Below are positions 24,512 to 32,000 of a stretch of 32,000 bases of DNA, in pieces. Source of the DNA: Bacillus benzoevorans. Its GTDB lineage: Bacteria > Bacillota > Bacilli > Bacillales > Cytobacillaceae. The stretch's first letter is position 1, and every line of letters begins with the position of its first letter. The notes below the pieces were generated by a model. It saw only the letters and a list, made by a program, of their open reading frames with translations. It ran no database searches and was not told where the DNA came from. The DNA lies in NCBI RefSeq assembly GCF_014207535.1, contig NZ_JACHGK010000016.1:33069-65068 (forward strand), in the 5' to 3' direction. A program made the position numbers and the translations under genes.

Positions 24512-27500
24512 CTAGATCCCAACGATTTGTTCCATTTTCACTTCTTCAACAATATAATGTTGATTTACCACATAAACATATACTGATCCATTTAATTCTT
24601 GGTAATCATTTAATTCCAATTGTTGTGAAAGCAACTCTAATGACGGTGTTAATAAAATAAATCGTGTATTACTATCTGCTTCTTCACTCGTGAAATCGAC
24701 TAAACCAAATGCATTCTTAACACGGATGTTTAATCGCCCATTATGATATTCATACTCTTTTACAACTTGTATAAAATCTTTTGGAATAACACGTGCTGCA
24801 CTTACAATTGGTTGTACATGCAGTTGTGTAATCGGCTTAATGGATTGTAACTGAATACTTCTTTCTCTTTCAATATTTTCAAGCCGATCTTTACTACGTT
24901 CCTCTATGTCTTCAATTTGAGTGTAGGTTTGGTTAATTAATGCGCTATTTTTATTATTTAAATTATCACTTAAATAATTAGTTAATCTTTCCTGTAGTGT
25001 TTGCATTTGTTCATCAAATGAACGACGTAAATAAGTACTCTTTCGGTTTAAATAATCATCTCGTTTCATTTGAACAGATTGAAGTATCTTTTTCGCTTGA
25101 AGAATAGATTCTTTTTTAAATGATTTATCTTCTGTACCTACTATATTGATTAATTCAAATTGCTTCTGGAATAATAAATACGGATCTACTTGAATGAATT
25201 CCCCAGTTTTCCTTTTAGCTAATAACATTAATTCTTGTTCTAACTCTCGACCTGTACCATCAACTACACTAATACGACTAATTTCTAATGTTAAAGGTTC
25301 ACTAACAAATGTTTTTACTGTACAAATTGGTAAAGCCACTTGTTGCAGCTCTTGACTCGCTAATTCCATCGCTAATTTTTTTAATGGATGGTCATTCGGT
25401 AATATTGATAACTGTTCTGTTTGTTTATCTGGTCTTAATGTAAACCGTAATGATTCATCAGTTCTTAAAGAATATTTTCGCTTCTTAATTAGTTCACGAA
25501 TATTTTTAGGGTAACGATCAATTCGAACTGTATTGCCATCATTTGAGATATTTACTTTAATACGTGTTTCTTCAAACTGTTTTACTACAAACTCACCATA
25601 GACTCGCGAAGGCATACTGCTAATTGAAATTTCTTGATATGCACGTCTTGCACCCGGTAAATCAAAACTGGAATCATCTAAGCGTTCTTGTTTTGCTAAT
25701 TCTAGTAATCGTTCATGTTCTTCAGATAATGTTTTTTCCATTTGTGCAATTAGCTCATCTAAATTTTCACGGCCGCTAATCGCTTCCTCCATTAAGTGAG
25801 ATAAATCGATATTGTTTTCTTCTAGTACTTCACCAATAAAATCATAGACCTGATCTTGTCCCAAATCCGTGCGCATTTGTTCCATCTTATCAAGTAGACG
25901 TATCAATACATCTCCTTCACGTGTATTCTTCGCAACAAGATTAAAGACGAATACTTCATTCTTTTGTCCAATACGATGAATACGTCCCATACGCTGTTCT
26001 AAACGATTTGGATTCCACGGAATATCATAGTTAATCATTTGATTACAGAATTGAAGGTTGATAGATTCTCCCCCGGCATCTGTAGCAAGCATAATTTGTA
26101 CATCATTTCGGAATCGCTCCACTTGTTCACGACGTTGATCCATCGAAAAATTCCCAACGATTTTTGTGACTTCAGGGACATGCTGTAGGAGCTTTCGTTC
26201 AAGGTAATACAAAGTATCTTTTGATTCCGTAAAAATAAGAATCTTTTCTCCTTTGGATAACAATCCATCCTGACCAAATAACGTGTTTTCAAGCTCTAAA
26301 TATTTTCGTTCAATATCTTGATATACGAGCATCTCTGTTTTACGAACTAATCCATCTAGAATCTCTATTTCTAACTTTAGTTCCTCTAAATCAATAACAT
26401 CGGTTTCTCCTTCAACTAAAGTCTCTATTTCTTCCTGCTCTTCTGTTGAAAGTTCGTCGTATTCAAATGGCTCAATCGATTTATTGGCCGTTAACTCAGA
26501 CTCTAATAATTCTTGTAACTTTTCTTTACGTCGTTTAAGGGATAAATAAATAGCATCTAATGACGAACTTAGGCGACGTTGTAAAATCATCATCGCAAAT
26601 GCTACGTTTGGTTTATTATTTTGTTTTGCTTGATTAAAATGCTCGCGTGCATAAGAAGTTACTTCTTCATAAAGCTCACGTTCGCCATAACTTAAATCAA
26701 AGGTAATTGTCGTTGTTGTTCTTTTCGGGAATAACGGAGTACCATCAAAATTTTTCATTGTCTCCTTTAAACGACGAATAACAAACGGATTACTCTTTTC
26801 ATATATAGAATCACCTGTATTTAAACGAGAAAAAATATCATGGTCCACCAAACTCATTAAATGCCGAAAATTTTCTTTATCTCCTTTATGCGGTGTTGCA
26901 GTTAGTAATAAGCAATGCTCTGTGTGACGAAGTAAACTCTCCCCAAGTTGGTAAATTTTCGTACGATTCACTTTACGTTTCTTGACGCCATGCGTATATG
27001 CAGCCATTTTATGTGCTTCATCGACGATTACTAAATCAAACTGAGCTTTTAAAATAAAGGCTTTAATTTCTTCACGTGAAGCCCAATAAATTGATGCAAT
27101 TACTTTATCATGTGATTCAAATGGATTCACTTCACTTGAGCTATTTAATAAACTTCGATTTATTATCGTAAACTCTTCTCCAAATTTATCTTTTAGCTCT
27201 TCCTGCCATTGCTTTAATACTAGAGGGGGAACTAAAATTAATATACGCTCTGCAGCTTGTCTGGCAATTAACTCACGAATTAACATTCCGGACATAATTG
27301 TTTTCCCTGCTCCGGGATCATCCGCTAATAAATATCGTACTTGAGGTGACTGTAACATGCGGCTATACACAGCTTCTATTTGGTGTGGTAGTGGGATAAT
27401 CTTTTTGTTTCCTCGCGCACGTGACTTCGAAAATTTATCCTCTGTCTTTAAAATGTAATATTGTAAATAGTGTTGCAGTCTTTCAGAATTAAAGGAACTT

Positions 27501-27685
27501 TCCTCTTCTTTAATGTTCTCTAATTGACCTAGCTGCACCCTATCTAAATACTGTTCATAGTATTTATTAGTTTTACGCCCAATTGATTCAACTAAAAACA
27601 AATCATCATCAATTTCTTCAAAATGCTTTATTTCAACAATTTCCGGCCAGAAAGAGCCTTTAATAATCTCTCCTACTTTTAACAT
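24512..27685 (-). CDS. brxHII: SNF2-family DEAH helicase, BrxHII-like
   Basis: 1057 aa. Motif I LADDPGAGKT, motif II VIVDEAHKM, motif III LLLTATP, motif VI WNPNRLEQRMGRIHRIGQ, then a ~400-aa C-terminal region of unknown function. Immediately downstream of pglZ on the same strand. Confidence 0.8.
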   Translation of the reverse strand: MLKVGEIIKGSFWPEIVEIKHFEEIDDDLFLVESIGRKTNKYYEQYLDRVQLGQLENIKEEESSFNSERLQHYLQYYILKTEDKFSKSRARGNKKIIPLPHQIEAVYSRMLQSPQVRYLLADDPGAGKTIMSGMLIRELIARQAAERILILVPPLVLKQWQEELKDKFGEEFTIINRSLLNSSSEVNPFESHDKVIASIYWASREEIKAFILKAQFDLVIVDEAHKMAAYTHGVKKRKVNRTKIYQLGESLLRHTEHCLLLTATPHKGDKENFRHLMSLVDHDIFSRLNTGDSIYEKSNPFVIRRLKETMKNFDGTPLFPKRTTTTITFDLSYGERELYEEVTSYAREHFNQAKQNNKPNVAFAMMILQRRLSSSLDAIYLSLKRRKEKLQELLESELTANKSIEPFEYDELSTEEQEEIETLVEGETDVIDLEELKLEIEILDGLVRKTEMLVYQDIERKYLELENTLFGQDGLLSKGEKILIFTESKDTLYYLERKLLQHVPEVTKIVGNFSMDQRREQVERFRNDVQIMLATDAGGESINLQFCNQMINYDIPWNPNRLEQRMGRIHRIGQKNEVFVFNLVAKNTREGDVLIRLLDKMEQMRTDLGQDQVYDFIGEVLEENNIDLSHLMEEAISGRENLDELIAQMEKTLSEEHERLLELAKQERLDDSSFDLPGARRAYQEISISSMPSRVYGEFVVKQFEETRIKVNISNDGNTVRIDRYPKNIRELIKKRKYSLRTDESLRFTLRPDKQTEQLSILPNDHPLKKLAMELASQELQQVALPICTVKTFVSEPLTLEISRISVVDGTGRELEQELMLLAKRKTGEFIQVDPYLLFQKQFELINIVGTEDKSFKKESILQAKKILQSVQMKRDDYLNRKSTYLRRSFDEQMQTLQERLTNYLSDNLNNKNSALINQTYTQIEDIEERSKDRLENIERERSIQLQSIKPITQLHVQPIVSAARVIPKDFIQVVKEYEYHNGRLNIRVKNAFGLVDFTSEEADSNTRFILLTPSLELLSQQLELNDYQELNGSVYVYVVNQHYIVEEVKMEQIVGI

Positions 27686-27816
27686 TTCAGCATCCCCCTC
27701 AAATAATTACGATCAATCAACTTAATTTAAATTATATAGCAATCACCCAGATACTGTTAGAAGAAATAAAAGACAAAAAAAAATAGAGAACTATGTAAAA
27801 TAGTCCTCTAGCTTCA

Positions 27817-30327
27817 TTAGTAAAGCGCATTATACATATGAATTGTAAATTCTGTATCGCGATATGGTGTGACTTTATCATCTTCCACGGTTACCATTTT
27901 CAACTCACAAGTTTGCCCTGTTGGATAATAGTTTTCTACAAGGTTAAATATAAGTTGCTCCGTACGTTCATGGTTTTCACCAGTCATATCAAATGTCCAT
28001 TCAATTTCGTTCGAAATTCGTTCACCATTCAGGTAAAATGCAGCTTGAATTGTTCGTGCCTTAAATTCTTGTGAAATACTTTGTTCTTGATATATTGGCA
28101 CTTGGATACGGAATCCTGTGATGACACGTTTTGGGATGGCCACACTGATTTCAACAGGAATTGCTTGTGAAGTACGACGATAATCAATTAGTGGCACAAT
28201 TACTTCTTGAGGTGTTGCACCGCCGTGTACAAACTGTAATCCTCCACCGCCAATAAATCGGTTTACGCCTTTAGCAATCACTTTTTCAACACCTTCTAAT
28301 GTTGAAAAACCATCTGGCACATTAATAGCTCCATCATCTATTAGTAAATCATGACCAACAGCAAAGCGACGATTCGAATCAATGATTTTACCTTTAACAC
28401 TCACTACTTTAATATCATTTTCAATTCTTGGATACTGATAAAGGAATCCGTGATCTGCTGTTATAAAAATTCGTTTTGCTTGCCATTTAGATAACCGATC
28501 AACAGCAATTGATAATTCTTTTATTGCTCGTTCCGCAGCTATATAAGTATCTCGTTCAGATTTTGCAGAATCACCTGCTGCATCGATTACATCATGATAT
28601 AAGTAAACGAGACGTTTTCCTTTTAAATTTTCATCTGCTGTCGCTCTTGACCAGTCTAATAAATCGGTTAAACGATAGGCAATTGCTTCTGGATGAGTTG
28701 CTTGTAGAATTTTTGTACGGTTTGCTAATCCATTTGTAGGTTGGTCATCTGCTAATACTGTTCCATTTTCAGTAATCGTTAATACTTTATTTGGTAATAA
28801 AGATGCCATACCTAATTGTGTATACGTTGGCATATTCGCAACTAACGGACTGATAGAGGCAATTCCATTCGAACGCAAATTTAAACGAGATACTAATTCT
28901 GCCCCTACTTCATATCGTAATGCATCCGAAATAATCACAAATACGCGTGTTGATTCTTTATCAAGAATAGGTTGCACAACTTCTTTATAAAATTTAGCCT
29001 GTTTTGGTAACTTTCCTACTTCTGCAGTTTCTAAAAGATAATTGGTCTCTTGTGCAATTTTCAACGAGTATTTATTTTCATACCAGTTTGTTAGTTGCTC
29101 AGCTAAAGTTTCTAGCATTTCATTATTCTCTAATTGCATATAGCCGGTCATGAAACGTCTATAAGCTTGATCAATTAAATAAAGTTCGCTTGTATATTGA
29201 ACATATAAAGGCTCACGCGTATCATATTGCTTCAAGAACATTTTATACTTCGTCAAATCAACTGCATCTAACAATACACTTAATAAACGTTGAATTTGTT
29301 CATTTCGTTTCGCCCAATGCATTTTTAACCGTTTATGCAAAATGTCTTTCCAAGCATCAAAATTGGATGTTTGATGAAGGAGTTCAGTCGTTAATTTACT
29401 CGTCAATAAATGATCAATGACAGGAAAAGTTGAAACGTTGGCATATTGTTCGATAGGACGTTCACCTAACACCTCTACAATTGAAAACCTTTGTTCGATT
29501 TCCTTTATATAATTTTCTAATACTTCTACTTCAATTTCTTTTTTATGGTGCCATTCATCAATAAATAAAGCACAAACATTTCCGCGTGTTGTTTCATATT
29601 TCTTTTGTAAAGACTGTTCTTCAAATTGTGCATGACGTTGGAAATGAGCATACAAAACATGCTCCATTAAATACTGCAATGTCAAATCATTTGATTGTAA
29701 ACCAAAGTATTCCGAAATGAGCTCCCACATACGATTCGAGCTAAACCGTTTTGATATGGCTTTATACACTTCATTTGTTTCTTCTTGTAAACCACGCAAC
29801 AATAAATGGCGAGTAATTTCTTCCATATTTGCAATGGGTGCGCCTGTTAGTACTGCTAACATAGCATACTCTATATCACGTTCACTAGCATTAGGGGGTA
29901 CGACTTTCTTTAATTTATTTTTACGCTCTGCACTTTTAAAAAAGTCTCCATATTCCTTAATCAAAGGTCTTAAAATGGCATCACTTACTTGCAACTGTTC
30001 TGCAAGTAAAGCATTAGTATCAGCTTTAAACTCTGTACCGTAAAGCTCCATATCCAGTAAAAAATTGTCTTCTATCGCTGGTTTTGCAAAATCAGCATAT
30101 AATAAAAAAGAATCTCTTTTCTTTTCCACCTCGATTTCTAATTTAAGCGTAAAGAAATTATTACGCGTTAATTGGCGGATATGAATTGGTTGCTCTGCTA
30201 ATGTTTCTTCTAAATCAGAAACAGTGTATTCTCCTTGCTCGTCATACCAAAAAATAACCGTGCGCGGCTTATTTTTCTTATATAGCTCGTCCTCTATTCG
30301 CTCTTTTAACAGTTCAATGACATTCAT
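27817..30327 (-). CDS. pglZ: BREX alkaline-phosphatase-superfamily protein PglZ
   Basis: 836 aa. N-terminal VIFWYDEQGEY, then VFVIISDALRYEVGAEL and IFITADHGF, the PglZ-domain metal-site motifs. Sits between a pglX-like gene and a helicase gene. Confidence 0.88.
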   Translation of the reverse strand: MNVIELLKERIEDELYKKNKPRTVIFWYDEQGEYTVSDLEETLAEQPIHIRQLTRNNFFTLKLEIEVEKKRDSFLLYADFAKPAIEDNFLLDMELYGTEFKADTNALLAEQLQVSDAILRPLIKEYGDFFKSAERKNKLKKVVPPNASERDIEYAMLAVLTGAPIANMEEITRHLLLRGLQEETNEVYKAISKRFSSNRMWELISEYFGLQSNDLTLQYLMEHVLYAHFQRHAQFEEQSLQKKYETTRGNVCALFIDEWHHKKEIEVEVLENYIKEIEQRFSIVEVLGERPIEQYANVSTFPVIDHLLTSKLTTELLHQTSNFDAWKDILHKRLKMHWAKRNEQIQRLLSVLLDAVDLTKYKMFLKQYDTREPLYVQYTSELYLIDQAYRRFMTGYMQLENNEMLETLAEQLTNWYENKYSLKIAQETNYLLETAEVGKLPKQAKFYKEVVQPILDKESTRVFVIISDALRYEVGAELVSRLNLRSNGIASISPLVANMPTYTQLGMASLLPNKVLTITENGTVLADDQPTNGLANRTKILQATHPEAIAYRLTDLLDWSRATADENLKGKRLVYLYHDVIDAAGDSAKSERDTYIAAERAIKELSIAVDRLSKWQAKRIFITADHGFLYQYPRIENDIKVVSVKGKIIDSNRRFAVGHDLLIDDGAINVPDGFSTLEGVEKVIAKGVNRFIGGGGLQFVHGGATPQEVIVPLIDYRRTSQAIPVEISVAIPKRVITGFRIQVPIYQEQSISQEFKARTIQAAFYLNGERISNEIEWTFDMTGENHERTEQLIFNLVENYYPTGQTCELKMVTVEDDKVTPYRDTEFTIHMYNALY

Positions 30328-30416
30328 TGTGTCACCTCATTATGAATATTTACTAATAATTTTAATTATACCTTAATATTAAACAAGCCTCCTTACCAAA
30401 GTAAGAAGGCCATGAT

Positions 30417-32000
30417 TTATTTAATCTTCGCTAATACACCTTTTCCACCACGATACAACTGCTCATAGTTCACTTTAACACCATCGTCTAGATCAATTTC
30501 AATCTCTTCGTTAGCTATCTCAGCTAAACGTTTATCAAACTCTCGTAGTTCATCCATTTTCTTTTCAAAAGAAGTTTTTTCTGCTGTTAGCTTTTTCTTC
30601 TCACTTGCTGATAAGTTTGGATTCACTAATCGGTTTTCTAAATCTGTAATTTCATTTTGATATTTAGCTTGAATTTCTTGCAAATACTCAAAACGAATTG
30701 TTGCTATTGTATCTGGCTGATAACGATGCATATAAAATAGTGTACGCAACCCTTTTTGTTTACCTGAATCTACTAACCAATAAATTGGCTTTTTTTGATA
30801 CATTTTGCAATGATCGGCAAAAAACTCATCTAAAAAATACCTACGTAAACGTGCCTCAGCATCCTCACCCTTCTTCATCTCAAGCGCTTCTGCTAGCCAT
30901 TGCATATTTTCATCCACTGTATCTGAAGAAAAAGCAACCGATAAGAACTCACGTAAACGAACGATAACATCATTTTCAAAATAGACAGTATCTGTAAAAT
31001 TAATAATTCCATCAGGCAGAGGATTGAATGTTGAATAATGTTTATTATCCCAGTCTCCACCTGCATATACAACTCCCTCGCTATCTAAACTATACCTCCC
31101 CAGCAAACAACCGATAAAGTAAGAAATGAATGAACGTACATCACTTGATAAATTAGCAGTTCTAATCGCTATATCATTATCAGAAATAGTAGGGTTAAAT
31201 TCATCAGTTAAGTTATATATGTTAATTAATATTTTATTTAATTTTTCTTCATTTGACTTAATTTTATTAAATCTATTCTTTGTTATATTTATCCACTCAT
31301 TATTAGCATTTTGCAAGCTATGTGAATTAACTAAAGGATGTTTTTTGAAATCCCATGAAACTTCGAAAGCATCCCAGTCTTCTTTAGAAATCAGAATATT
31401 TTCATCAACTAGTGATTTAATTTGAGGAATCAAATCACTCGCTAAAATCACTGGAACTTTCGCAATATTTCCTACTTCAAAATTGATAGTAGGGCTTAAT
31501 ATCTTCATTAATTCTACTGTTATAACGCTATTTAATAATGCCATTATATATTTGAGATTAGAATTATTTTCCGTGTAAAAAAAAGGGCTAGCATCTCCTT
31601 GAATAATACCTTTTCTTTGGAACCGTACTGAAAATTTCCCTGAAGAAAGTTTATTCCAAGTTATACATTGTTTAAAATATTTATCTTCTGATGGTATAAT
31701 TGCCTTACCAGTAGACTTTATTTTTTCTCCGTTATTGAACCACTCAACCACTTCAATTATATTTCCATACCACTTCCTATAATTACCTCCACTGTTAAAT
31801 AAAAACCATTTGAATTTTTTCGATATGTCACTTTCATAATTCTTATTATCCAAAAATATTTTATTAATATTAAGTTCAAACCACAATCTTATAAATTGAT
31901 TAGAATCTCCAGTCTGTAGACCTCTTCGAGCATCTCCATATGTTGAGAGTTCATTTCCCTCTTGGAACACATTCGATATCTTTTCACTTATCCAATATGC
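30417..32000 (-). CDS. pglX: BREX adenine methyltransferase PglX, C-terminal part (5' end beyond the right window edge)
   Basis: The frame is open to position 32000. RRGLQTGDSNQFIRLWFEL and KKPIYWLVDSGKQKGLRTLFYMHRYQPDT match the post-catalytic and C-terminal regions of BREX-1 PglX and type IIG enzymes. The NPPY catalytic region would lie outside the window. Confidence 0.78.
   Translation of the reverse strand, partial: AYWISEKISNVFQEGNELSTYGDARRGLQTGDSNQFIRLWFELNINKIFLDNKNYESDISKKFKWFLFNSGGNYRKWYGNIIEVVEWFNNGEKIKSTGKAIIPSEDKYFKQCITWNKLSSGKFSVRFQRKGIIQGDASPFFYTENNSNLKYIMALLNSVITVELMKILSPTINFEVGNIAKVPVILASDLIPQIKSLVDENILISKEDWDAFEVSWDFKKHPLVNSHSLQNANNEWINITKNRFNKIKSNEEKLNKILINIYNLTDEFNPTISDNDIAIRTANLSSDVRSFISYFIGCLLGRYSLDSEGVVYAGGDWDNKHYSTFNPLPDGIINFTDTVYFENDVIVRLREFLSVAFSSDTVDENMQWLAEALEMKKGEDAEARLRRYFLDEFFADHCKMYQKKPIYWLVDSGKQKGLRTLFYMHRYQPDTIATIRFEYLQEIQAKYQNEITDLENRLVNPNLSASEKKKLTAEKTSFEKKMDELREFDKRLAEIANEEIEIDLDDGVKVNYEQLYRGGKGVLAKIK

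Noticed and set aside
24512-30327. Assigning the BREX locus to type 3 because of the BrxHII-like helicase
   Set aside because: Type 3 places brxHII between pglXI and pglZ. Here the helicase follows pglZ. The subtype cannot be settled without the upstream genes, which lie outside the window.
24415-31425. Track ORFs inside or antisense to the BREX genes: 24415-24660, 26035-26292, 27838-28074, 28509-28739, 29190-29420, 29717-30043, 30698-30967 and 31126-31425
   Set aside because: All are nested in the long helicase, pglZ and pglX frames, which have strong motif support. 26035-26292 is an out-of-frame same-strand ORF inside the helicase gene.
1-32000. tRNA, rRNA, riboswitch, retron or group II intron elements
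   Set aside because: Reading the long intergenic regions (12506-12857, 13878-14394, 15370-15799, 17974-18301, 18602-18936, 20333-20784, 22911-23536, 23756-24267) showed no cloverleaf-like GTTCGAATC-type arms, no rRNA-like conserved blocks and no reverse transcriptase ORF. A covariance-model scan would be needed to exclude small structured RNAs.

Overview
AT-rich accessory DNA that looks Firmicutes/Bacillaceae-like (GGAGG-type ribosome-binding sites, TTGnnn-17-TAnnnT promoters). I found no rRNA, tRNA, CRISPR array, integrase or transposase. Family names below come from motifs I recognise by eye, not from searches. The window reads as four modules. (1) 1-6.4 kb holds orphan large proteins: a partial minus-strand gene missing from the ORF track, a 732-aa and a 585-aa protein each with a PD-(D/E)xK-like nuclease core, and a protein with two excisionase-type HTH modules. 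(2) 6.7-13.9 kb is a mobile-element-style regulation and replication module: twin XRE repressors, two tandem DUF3987-like paralogues, a replication-relaxation-like protein, then iteron-like repeats. (3) 14.3-23.2 kb is a cargo segment flanked by inverted clusters of that same repeat family. It carries small genes, a decayed gene, an orphan MNT nucleotidyltransferase, a type II Thoeris pair (2TM-Macro ThsA plus TIR-like ThsB) and an uncharacterised two-gene operon. (4) 24.3-32 kb is the 3' part of a BREX operon: pglX (partial), pglZ, an SNF2/DEAH helicase where BrxL would normally sit, and a small HTH gene. The best candidate for an undescribed system is the operon at 20785-22910, which lies between Thoeris and BREX. 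It encodes a 406-aa protein made of two duplicated helical modules with conserved Arg/His motifs, plus a 291-aa bipartite partner. Secondary candidates are the 732-aa nuclease-like orphan and the repeat-bounded cargo architecture.
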